Below, one piece after another: positions 17,724-24,375 of a stretch of DNA of 44,529 nt. The DNA is from a virus. The position numbers and the translations under genes are program-made. The notes under the pieces were generated by a model. That model made no database searches, was not told the origin of the DNA, and saw nothing but the letters and a program-made list of their open reading frames with translations. The stretch spans positions 1-44,529 of the IMG/VR virus record IMGVR_UViG_3300022930_000005. One strand, written 5' to 3'. Every line of letters starts with the position of its first letter. The first letter of the stretch is position 1.

Positions 17724-18278
17724 TTAACCCTCCCCCTCATTCGCCGGGGTGCCGATAAGGGCGCGGGCGGCGGACGGATTGAAGCAAGTCGTTCCGCCAA
17801 CATCTGCGCGCTCGGCTCCGTTCAAAAACCGGGCATTGTCGGGCATCCGTTCACGCGCCCAAGGTCGCACCTCGGAGCCATACCAGAGCGAGTAGCAGGA
17901 CTTCGGGGGTGAGCCGTCTAGCCGCTCGAAATCGAACCGGCGACCGGCCATGCCGCGCATAGTTGCCCGTGGGTGAGGATCAGGCGCACCAAGCGCCACG
18001 GTGTTCGCGGGGTCAGCCGTGTATGTCGCGCCGCCAATGATTAGCAGATTGCGAGATCTGCCAGCTTCATATTTCCGGAGTTCATGCTCGTGAATGGCGC
18101 AGATATAGCAAACGCCTAGTTCATCGCGAATTGTGGCTTCCGGGCCAGCGCGATATTTGGCGGCTATGTCATGGGCCTCGCCACAACGAGGGCAAGCGGG
18201 CCAACTGGCGCAGGGCGGATTTTCCGTCCGTGAATATGCGTGTTCGGTGTTCTTGGTACCACAGCCGGGACAAATCAT
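17724..18278 (-). CDS. zinc-ribbon protein with a conserved-looking C-terminal domain (184 aa)
   Basis: The N-terminus has CPGCG...CPRCG. The C-terminus is LLIIGGATYT...RGMAGRRFDFERLDG...SLWYGSEVRPWARERMPDNARF. Confidence 0.55.
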   Translation of the reverse strand: MICPGCGTKNTEHAYSRTENPPCASWPACPRCGEAHDIAAKYRAGPEATIRDELGVCYICAIHEHELRKYEAGRSRNLLIIGGATYTADPANTVALGAPDPHPRATMRGMAGRRFDFERLDGSPPKSCYSLWYGSEVRPWARERMPDNARFLNGAERADVGGTTCFNPSAARALIGTPANEGEG

Positions 18279-18967
18279 GACTTACCCCCTTCAAGCACGG
18301 CATCGATCATCTTGATCCTGCGGTCGCGGCTATCCGGTTCTGGCAGCCACTGCATATCGTTGCGATACTGGCGGACCGCATCCTCCAACGCCCCCACCCG
18401 CGCCTTCATGGCGGCAAGAGCGTTGTGGACATCGCGCGGGAACATGCGGTCGCCGTGTTCGTCTTCTGGCAGGGACACGCAGACGATGTTGACCATCGTT
18501 CCGCCCAAATCGCCGTCAAATTCCTCGGTGCCGTCGCACACTTCCCAATGCTCGACGCCCAGTTCCTTCGCCAGCAACTCGACGGCATATTGAATACCGC
18601 TCTCGAATACGCACCGCATCGGATGATCGTAATCCGGGAGGTCACCGTGGAAATCTTTGAACGGCTCGGTTAGCGCCTTCATGGCGGCATGTTCGGCGAG
18701 GAGCGTGGGGAGGCTGTTGCGCATGGCGACGATTAGGGCGGCGTTGGCTTCGTCTTGATCGCTCGCTGCCATTCCCTCGATACCAATGATTTCCGCATCT
18801 TGGGAATTGACGTTGAAGCCAGCCAAATAATCGCGATAGCCATTTTCGCTATCGCACATATCCCCTACGCGATCAGAGCGCATGTCAGGCTCAACAAACC
18901 AATCCCCCGGCGTCGCAGCCGCATCCAGCCGCTCCAACTCCGCTATGCGTGCGTCGGGAGTGATCAT
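18275..18967 (-). CDS. Ead/Ea22-like (PGPW family) N-terminal region plus an acidic C-terminal domain (230 aa)
   Basis: ATPGDWFVEPD...DEANAALIVAMRNSLPTLLAEH parallels the TPGPW...ANA.LIA.AP.L pattern of 19492..19791 and 23295..23606. Confidence 0.55.
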   Translation of the reverse strand: MITPDARIAELERLDAAATPGDWFVEPDMRSDRVGDMCDSENGYRDYLAGFNVNSQDAEIIGIEGMAASDQDEANAALIVAMRNSLPTLLAEHAAMKALTEPFKDFHGDLPDYDHPMRCVFESGIQYAVELLAKELGVEHWEVCDGTEEFDGDLGGTMVNIVCVSLPEDEHGDRMFPRDVHNALAAMKARVGALEDAVRQYRNDMQWLPEPDSRDRRIKMIDAVLEGGKS

Positions 18968-19332
18968 GATGCGGACTCGGTGGCGAGTTCACGACCGCGC
19001 TTGATGCCCGCAAGGCGATACTGAACTGCACATCCTTTATCGGCTCGACCGTCTAAGAAATTGGTGGTCGTCACTTGCGGGTGGGCATCGGCAGCCATCT
19101 TCCGCGCCTCGATCAGGTCAGGATCGACCGGCTTGGGCAGCGCGTCAACAATCCCACGGGCTAGACTGTAATGCGTGCTTGAATATCGGACTGCCGAGGC
19201 TTCATCGAAGGGCATCCCGATAGACGAATTACCGCCCATCTCGCGAACCAACGCCACCATCCGCTCAACCAATTCAGGCTCAATCGTCACTTCAAATTCC
19301 CTTCTTGCCGCTGACGTGGGGGTTGGCTTCAT
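18964..19332 (-). CDS. hypothetical protein (122 aa; alternative GTG start at 19290)
   Basis: ATG 19332 lies 41 nt inside the upstream gene. GTG 19290 follows AAGGGA and begins 1 nt after the upstream stop. Confidence 0.5.
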   Translation of the reverse strand: MKPTPTSAARREFEVTIEPELVERMVALVREMGGNSSIGMPFDEASAVRYSSTHYSLARGIVDALPKPVDPDLIEARKMAADAHPQVTTTNFLDGRADKGCAVQYRLAGIKRGRELATESAS

Positions 19333-19495
19333 CCAAAAGCGACAAAATCAGCCGCTCGTATTTGTTGGGTATCGGATCGCCGCGTTGGCCCATTTCGACC
19401 CGCTGAATCGTCCGATACCCAATGCCCAACCGCGCCGATACAGATCGCTGTGAGCCGAATGCCTTGCGCAGGGTGGTGAAGGCGAGGGGGGTCAA
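19292..19495 (-). CDS. XRE/Cro-type helix-turn-helix regulator (67 aa)
   Basis: LRKAFGSQRSVSARLGIGYRTIQRVEMG is an HTH. The TTG start overlaps the upstream TGA (TTGA), and no upstream ATG precedes the HTH. Confidence 0.6.
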   Translation of the reverse strand: MTPLAFTTLRKAFGSQRSVSARLGIGYRTIQRVEMGQRGDPIPNKYERLILSLLDEANPHVSGKKGI

Positions 19496-19791
19496 GTGCT
19501 GGTTGCCTTGGCGAGGACTGCCCGAATGCTCATGGCCTGCTTTGATGACAGAAATCCGCCATCATTCGCTGCGTCGTCTTTCGCCAGCAACTCTGAGAGA
19601 ATTTCGAACATTTCCGGCGCGGTGGCGATCAAATCCTGATTGGCGTGGGCCTCGGCAGAGCGGGGTCCGGGGCCATCCCAATAACTTTTGCATTGAGCAA
19701 TCGGATAGTGGTGCGATCCTCCGCGAATATCCAATCCCTTTTCGGGGCTGCGATCAATGGCAAACCAAGGCCCCGGAGTATATCCCGCCAT
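19492..19791 (-). CDS. PGPW-family small protein (99 aa)
   Basis: GGTGGAG SD lies 8 nt before ATG 19791. MAGYTPGPWF...AHANQDLIATAPEMFEILSELL. The track's longer ORF (to 19845, TTG) would cover the repeat/promoter region. Confidence 0.55.
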   Translation of the reverse strand: MAGYTPGPWFAIDRSPEKGLDIRGGSHHYPIAQCKSYWDGPGPRSAEAHANQDLIATAPEMFEILSELLAKDDAANDGGFLSSKQAMSIRAVLAKATST

Positions 19792-19836
19792 CTCAAAATC
19801 TCCACCGGCCCAATCGCCGCGAACCCTGAATTGCAT

Positions 19837-19878
19837 ATACGCCAACTGGCGTCAAGACCATCCGTAAGAATACGCCAA
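19837..19878 (-). promoter_or_regulatory. 9-bp direct repeat (ATACGCCAA on +, at 19837-19845 and 19870-19878) flanking a - strand TTGACG (19855-19850); candidate internal promoter/operator
   Basis: The repeat is exact and spaced 33 bp. The - strand reads TTGGCGTAT...TTGACG...TTGGCGTATATGCAATTCA (TG-n-AATTCA lies 17 nt after the -35). Confidence 0.4.
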
Positions 19879-19879
19879 A

Positions 19880-20068
19880 TTATCCAAGCGCCATGGCAAT
19901 GCCGCCGATGACCATAACCGCCGCGAACACCGCGAACCCGACGCTGCGCAGGCTCCAGAACGTCGGCGCATCCATCGGCTGCAACGGAAGCTTGCCCGAC
20001 ACGCGCTGACGATGCGCGATGGCTTCGGTGGCCCATGATGCGATTGGGTCGATTTGGGGCTGTGTCAT
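19880..20068 (-). CDS. small membrane protein, C-terminal TM (62 aa)
   Basis: FWSLRSVGFAVFAAVMVIGGIAMALG is the TM. ATGA overlap with the upstream gene. Confidence 0.55.
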   Translation of the reverse strand: MTQPQIDPIASWATEAIAHRQRVSGKLPLQPMDAPTFWSLRSVGFAVFAAVMVIGGIAMALG

Positions 20069-20493
20069 GACGCTTTCTCCGCAGCATAGAGCGCGAGAGG
20101 GTCATGCTTGCGGACAAATATCATCCGATCGGGTACCTTATCACGCGCGTTCTGCCAGCCGTGACGCGTGAAGTTGACCGCCATAGATTTAGCCGCGCCG
20201 GCCTGTGCGCCGGATAGCCCCATCGGCTGGGCATCTTCCAGCGCGTGTATGCGTTCGTCCAAAAGGCGGGTAAACTCTGGCGGAAATTCTTCGTCATTTC
20301 CGACCTTCGCGTTGATCTGAGACAGCACGCGATCATCGCGGATTGCGCGCATCAGTTCGAACGCTGTGACTTGGATAGCCATTTCGTATCCTTGGCCCAG
20401 GCCGCCCATTTCGACGGTTTCGACTTCATGGCCAGAATCCCAAGCGGCGAGCGCTTCGCTGACATTTTCTGGTTTTACCTGCGTCATCATCAT
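20065..20493 (-). CDS. hypothetical protein (142 aa)
   Basis: GGAGA SD before ATGATGATG. No motif recognised. Confidence 0.6.
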   Translation of the reverse strand: MMMTQVKPENVSEALAAWDSGHEVETVEMGGLGQGYEMAIQVTAFELMRAIRDDRVLSQINAKVGNDEEFPPEFTRLLDERIHALEDAQPMGLSGAQAGAAKSMAVNFTRHGWQNARDKVPDRMIFVRKHDPLALYAAEKAS

Positions 20494-20504
20494 TCTCCAA
20501 TTCG

Positions 20505-20539
20505 GGGACCGCCGCCAGGAGGGGAACAGCGGCGGTCCC
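20505..20539 (-). terminator. perfect 11-bp GC-rich stem-loop between the SSB-like gene and the next gene (terminator/attenuator or processing site)
   Basis: gggaccgccgc (20505-20515) pairs with gcggcggtccc (20529-20539) around a 13-nt loop. No U tract on the transcribed strand. Confidence 0.35.
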
Positions 20540-20574
20540 GTGCGCGCGAGGGTATCCCGGCGCTTATTAGTTGC

Positions 20575-21258
20575 TCACCCGAGGAACGGGGTGCCGTCAT
20601 CGTTGAACTGCTGCTCGCCGCGTTCGCTGTCAGGACGGCCTTCTGCGGCGGTGGGGTTGGTTTCGGATAGCGTGCCGTCGTTCGGTGTCAGCTCGGCCTT
20701 GCGCGCGTCCAGAGCCTCCTTCAGTTCATCGCGATACGGCGCCATCGAACGCTGTTTCCAGACGCGCTCCAGATCGGGCAGGCTGTCCGCTTTGGCGATT
20801 GCGAGGCGCGCGTGGGTTAGAGTGAAGTCGGCGGGGGTAGGTTGCTCGGTCAGCAGCGGGTGGAACACGAACACCGCTTTCTTGCCCTGCGAGACGGTCA
20901 ACTTAGCCTGCGTCGGCTTGTCGATATGCGACATATGGCTAATGCGGATGCCACCGACTTGCCCTTGATCGCCGAACGTGACTTCGGGGTCGCGATAGAC
21001 GCGAATCGACTTACCCTTAACCTGCTCTTCAAATCCTTCGTCGGTCAGGCCCCACACCAGAACCATCGCGCGGCCCATCGTTTTGCAGGGCTTAAACGGC
21101 TTGCCCGCGTCGCCCTCATAGCTGAGAATGATCTTGGTTTGACGGCCATCTCTGGCGATGCGGCCACCCGTGATCTTGAGCACGCGCGGGCCGGGGATCA
21201 AGTCGTCGGAATTGAGCTGGTCGCTGCGTGGAGCAAGAGCCTCTGATAATGTCGTCAT
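20575..21258 (-). CDS. putative ssDNA-binding or annealing partner of the exonuclease (227 aa)
   Basis: It lies immediately downstream of the YqaJ-like gene (ATGA overlap). A disordered Pro/Glu/Gly linker ends in the acidic-aromatic tip QQFNDDGTPFLG, like SSB/gp2.5 tails. No RecT/Erf/Red-beta motif recognised. Confidence 0.3.
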   Translation of the reverse strand: MTTLSEALAPRSDQLNSDDLIPGPRVLKITGGRIARDGRQTKIILSYEGDAGKPFKPCKTMGRAMVLVWGLTDEGFEEQVKGKSIRVYRDPEVTFGDQGQVGGIRISHMSHIDKPTQAKLTVSQGKKAVFVFHPLLTEQPTPADFTLTHARLAIAKADSLPDLERVWKQRSMAPYRDELKEALDARKAELTPNDGTLSETNPTAAEGRPDSERGEQQFNDDGTPFLG

Positions 21259-21935
21259 AGCTGTAGCAACCTTTCCGTTGGGACTATTCGCGCATCGGAC
21301 GCGAGCAGCTTTTCATAGATTTCCCGCTTTTCAGCGAGGCGGGTTTCGAACGCGATTGCGGCGTTACCGATCGCTTCATGGATCACCGGGTCAGGATAGC
21401 ACCGCACCGCCGGCATTGGCATTCCGCCGCTGTAGCTGAGAAAATCCAGCCACTGGCGATCCTCCGCGACGAATAGACCGGTCTGGCACTGGATGATGAA
21501 ATCCGCTGGGATCGCGCCAACCGCAACGCATTCGATCATCGTCTGCATCTGCCATTTCTGGATGCGCGATTTGGCCTCAATCAATCCGTCATCGCCAACC
21601 AAGCCGTCCGGTGAATATCCAATCGGAAAGCCGAGCCGGTCGTTGGTGATAAAGCCGCATTCGGTCACCTTGCCCCAGGTGTCCGAATATTTGGTGCGCG
21701 CGTGTTCTTCATCGAACTTGCCGCGCTCCATATCGAAGCTTTCATAGTGCGGCTCGACATAATTATTGATGCGCTGGGCGAGCAGTTCGTAGAGGTGGGC
21801 GCGCTCCTTGTCGTTGCTGGCTACTTTCAGCGTGGGCGTGATGATCAGCTTCATTTCGGAAGCCGTCAGGATTCCGCACCGGGCGGCGTACCAAGCCGCC
21901 GAATTTTGCTCTACGTTGTGATACGTAACCGTCAC
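21255..21935 (-). CDS. YqaJ / lambda-Exo-like PD-(D/E)XK recombination exonuclease (226 aa)
   Basis: QNSAAWYAARCGILTASEM, GYSPDGLVGDDGLIEAKS and IIQCQTGLFV are present. Confidence 0.75.
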   Translation of the reverse strand: MTVTYHNVEQNSAAWYAARCGILTASEMKLIITPTLKVASNDKERAHLYELLAQRINNYVEPHYESFDMERGKFDEEHARTKYSDTWGKVTECGFITNDRLGFPIGYSPDGLVGDDGLIEAKSRIQKWQMQTMIECVAVGAIPADFIIQCQTGLFVAEDRQWLDFLSYSGGMPMPAVRCYPDPVIHEAIGNAAIAFETRLAEKREIYEKLLASDARIVPTERLLQL

Positions 21936-22111
21936 AACCCGCCCCCCTTCGCCCGATTGCGTGCAATAGCCGCGTCAATCAGCACGTTGGTGTCGCGGCG
22001 CCATGCATCGCGTTCTGCGTCGTGGCGGGCTGCGAAGGCTGGGTCGCTCCAGTAGCGCTCGATGGTCGCGAACGGGCGGTCGTTGGGTTCTGCGTCGGTG
22101 GGGGCGCTCAT
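21932..22111 (-). CDS. hypothetical protein (59 aa)
   Basis: ATG 22111 overlaps the upstream TGA (ATGA). The track ORF's longer N-terminus overlaps the neighbouring gene. Confidence 0.5.
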   Translation of the reverse strand: MSAPTDAEPNDRPFATIERYWSDPAFAARHDAERDAWRRDTNVLIDAAIARNRAKGGGL

Positions 22112-22386
22112 GCTTCGGCCTTTCCCGTAGCTTTGCGCGCATTGGCGACGGCGATCAGGTGCAAGTCCCAATTGCGGCTCATGTCGCGCAGCACCAGAAA
22201 TGCGGCGATGAATGCGGCGTTTGCGACCATCCCGGATATGTCCCGCGACAGGCCACAGGCAAGGGCTGCAGCGAAACCCTGGAGGCTCACCCCGAACGCG
22301 CACAAAGCAAAGAAGGCGTACCTTCCGGTTTTGCGAACGTACGGAATTTCCTCCGCAAGATCTTTAAAAGACTGTGCCTCGCTCAC
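22108..22386 (-). CDS. membrane protein, 2 TM (92 aa)
   Basis: YAFFALCAFGVSLQGFAAALACGL and VANAAFIAAFLVL are the hydrophobic helices. Confidence 0.55.
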   Translation of the reverse strand: MSEAQSFKDLAEEIPYVRKTGRYAFFALCAFGVSLQGFAAALACGLSRDISGMVANAAFIAAFLVLRDMSRNWDLHLIAVANARKATGKAEA

Positions 22387-22679
22387 AAACCCTCTCCATC
22401 AACATTGAAATCAGCCCGCCCTTGAGCGGTAAGTCGGTACTTCGCAGGCGGGCAAGCAAGCCGCGCATACGATTTGGCGTAATGCTCGCGCTCGCCTGGA
22501 TACGTCTCGCGCCACTTCGCATCGAACGTCTCGCGCCCGTGGGCCTGATAATCCGCGACGGTCCATGCGGTGCGGCCCATCAGCGCTTCCGTGCGGTCGT
22601 ACACGCCCATGCGCGGCTTCCCATCGAACGGCTCGGGCTTGGTGGCGGCGAGGATGCGCGCGGTTTGGTTGAGGGTCAT
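22383..22679 (-). CDS. hypothetical protein (98 aa)
   Basis: ATGA overlaps at both ends. No motif recognised. Confidence 0.55.
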   Translation of the reverse strand: MTLNQTARILAATKPEPFDGKPRMGVYDRTEALMGRTAWTVADYQAHGRETFDAKWRETYPGEREHYAKSYARLACPPAKYRLTAQGRADFNVDGEGL

Positions 22680-22900
22680 GGGGTTGCCACGCGGTAGGCG
22701 ATGATGTCGCCGTCGCTGTCACGGTCGCGGAAACTCCAATGCCAGAGATTGGCCTTTCTTACCGGCTGGGTATTGTCGTACTCGCTTTCAAAGCGGCGCC
22801 TGATCTGCACCGGCGTGTCCGGCGCGACAGGCATGTTGCCACCCGCCCACGTGACCCAGCCCTCCCCTTCCGGCTGCTCGGGATGATTGGGCGCGGTCAC
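22676..22900 (-). CDS. hypothetical protein (74 aa)
   Basis: ATGA overlaps at both ends. No motif recognised. Confidence 0.55.
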   Translation of the reverse strand: MTAPNHPEQPEGEGWVTWAGGNMPVAPDTPVQIRRRFESEYDNTQPVRKANLWHWSFRDRDSDGDIIAYRVATP

Positions 22901-23298
22901 GACTGCACCGAGGCGATTGCGCGGAGGGCGGCGGCAAGGATCGCGAGAGTCTTCGTCGAACCCTTTCCCACTTGCCCAAGCGAATGTTCATTGAACATGC
23001 CGGCACCCCATACGCCGTCACGGCACCGGAGATTGATCGTCACCATCGCTTCCGGCACCAGCGACATCGCCGCGTCGAGCGAGGACGTGTAGGACAGCGC
23101 CCAAAATACGGGCTTGTTGTTTGGCGCGGCATCCTTTGCGAAGAACATGATGTCTCCGTCTGAGTAAGGACCTCGCATTTCATATCCGTCCGGGTGGGCA
23201 TGAGTCGCGTTGCAAATAAGCGCATCCAACTTCCGATCCGCCCCGCTCGCAGCCTCACACCGCGCAGCCAAAGCCAGCATGGTTTCGGGGGCGGTCAC
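22897..23298 (-). CDS. paralog family B member (133 aa), homologous to 16379..16858
   Basis: MLALAARCEAASGADRKLDALI...YTSSLDAAMSLV...LAILAAALRAIAS. Confidence 0.6.
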   Translation of the reverse strand: MTAPETMLALAARCEAASGADRKLDALICNATHAHPDGYEMRGPYSDGDIMFFAKDAAPNNKPVFWALSYTSSLDAAMSLVPEAMVTINLRCRDGVWGAGMFNEHSLGQVGKGSTKTLAILAAALRAIASVQS

Positions 23299-23606
23299 AG
23301 TCCGCGTGCCTTGTTCATGGCGGCCCGCGCGCGGTTTATCTGTCCGTTCGGTGCAGGGTTTGGGTAATGCGTTTCCAACAAAGCGACCGCATCCGCCAGC
23401 GCCTCGAACAGGTCTGGCGCAGAGGCAATTAAGCAGGCGTTGGCATACATCTCATAATCACTGATCGGCGCACCGCACTGGGTCGTGAACAGGCTCGCGC
23501 CAAACCGGGGGCCTCCATCAACGAGGTCTATCCCATTGTTCTGCCAAGGCCCCGGCGTCCATTTGCCCGCCCCGCCTGCGGTTTCCGGGTTGGTGGGGGT
23601 CAGCAT
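23295..23606 (-). CDS. PGPW-family small protein (103 aa)
   Basis: KWTPGPWQ...YANACLIASAPDLFEALADAV. Confidence 0.6.
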   Translation of the reverse strand: MLTPTNPETAGGAGKWTPGPWQNNGIDLVDGGPRFGASLFTTQCGAPISDYEMYANACLIASAPDLFEALADAVALLETHYPNPAPNGQINRARAAMNKARGL

Positions 23607-24028
23607 GGGGAGGCCTGCGTGGTGTAGCAGAGGGGATCTTCGCCAAAGCGCTGTTCGTCGGCATTCTCGGGAATGCCATGAGCTAGCATGAACTCAATGC
23701 GAGCGGCGGCGCCATGCGCGGAATTGTCAACTTGTGCCCAATCTTCGTCGAAACACCAAGTGAAACTGCTACGGCCGAAAGCGCGGACGGTGTAGGTGTA
23801 CCACGTTTCGTCCTGCAGTGGTTCGATTCCTGCGATGGGTCCGTGACCAGCCGCGCAAGCCGCCGTCCCACACTCAGCACGGCGTGCCCTGCTATCAGCA
23901 TATCCGCCTACGCCCCGGACGAACTGGTCCATCGCGAAGTCAGGATAATCCGCCGGCAGCGTGCGCAGATACGCAGCGAGTGTCGCCAGATTAGCGCGCT
24001 GTTCATCAGTGATATTCACTTCCACCAC
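23600..24028 (-). CDS. first gene of the leftward operon, hypothetical Cys-containing protein (142 aa; the track ORF extends to GTG 24112)
   Basis: GGGAGGA (24040-24034) lies 5 nt before GTG 24028. Contains ECGTAACAAGHGP. The upstream extension has no SD and contains the iteron-like GGTGTGGCA. Confidence 0.5.
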   Translation of the reverse strand: MVEVNITDEQRANLATLAAYLRTLPADYPDFAMDQFVRGVGGYADSRARRAECGTAACAAGHGPIAGIEPLQDETWYTYTVRAFGRSSFTWCFDEDWAQVDNSAHGAAARIEFMLAHGIPENADEQRFGEDPLCYTTQASPC

Positions 24029-24117
24029 GTCCGTCCTCCCGCCTGCCAGCTTCCCGGATTGGGGCTGGCGGTGTGGCATTGGTTTGGGCGATGCGGATGC
24101 GGGTGTCAACACAGTTT

Positions 24118-24134
24118 GTGATAATTATTTTCAC
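24118..24134. promoter_or_regulatory. AT-rich imperfect palindrome GTGATAATTATTTTCAC (14/17 self-complementary), operator-like
   Basis: It lies in the 65-nt divergent intergenic region and is by eye among the most AT-rich stretches in the window. Confidence 0.35.
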
Positions 24135-24155
24135 ACCGCGTGATTGACTCCTCAA
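24127..24155 (-). promoter_or_regulatory. candidate leftward early promoter TTGAGG (24155-24150) - 17 nt - GAAAAT (24132-24127)
   Basis: Read on the - strand. It overlaps back-to-back with the rightward -35. Confidence 0.3.
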
Positions 24156-24171
24156 TATCCCGTGCCTATAT
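24144..24171 (+). promoter_or_regulatory. candidate rightward early promoter TTGACT (24144-24149) - 16 nt - CTATAT (24166-24171); the predicted start coincides with ATG 24178 (leaderless)
   Basis: Only 6 nt separate the -10 from the ATG, and there is no SD. Confidence 0.5.
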
Positions 24172-24177
24172 GCTCGC

Positions 24178-24375
24178 ATGACAGATGCAGAAATCATCGT
24201 TGCCCTGGGCGACAGCGCGGAAGTGGCCACGCAGCTCCGGGTATCTCAGACAGCCGTTTCCAACTGGAAACTTCGCGGGATCGCATGGCCGAAACGGATT
24301 GCGGTTCGCGAGCTGGCGCGCAAACGGCGGGTCAAGCTGCCTGATGATTTCCTTTCGAATAAGAGGCCGTCGTGA
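24178..24375 (+). CDS. Cro/YdaS-like HTH DNA-binding protein (65 aa)
   Basis: LGDSAEVATQLRVSQTAVSNWKLRGIAWPKR. It is the first gene of the rightward operon. Confidence 0.65.
   Translation: MTDAEIIVALGDSAEVATQLRVSQTAVSNWKLRGIAWPKRIAVRELARKRRVKLPDDFLSNKRPS

Noticed and set aside
19863-19870. CGTAAGAA 8-mer shared between the 19.8-kb regulatory gap and the late promoter (31074-31081)
   Set aside because: A single 8-mer match between two loci is within chance expectation for this genome size. The two copies are also in opposite orientation relative to transcription.
24104-24109. Perfect TTGACA on the - strand at the start of track ORF 23600..24112
   Set aside because: No acceptable -10 lies at 16-18 nt (caaacc/ccaaac/aaacca), so it is probably fortuitous.
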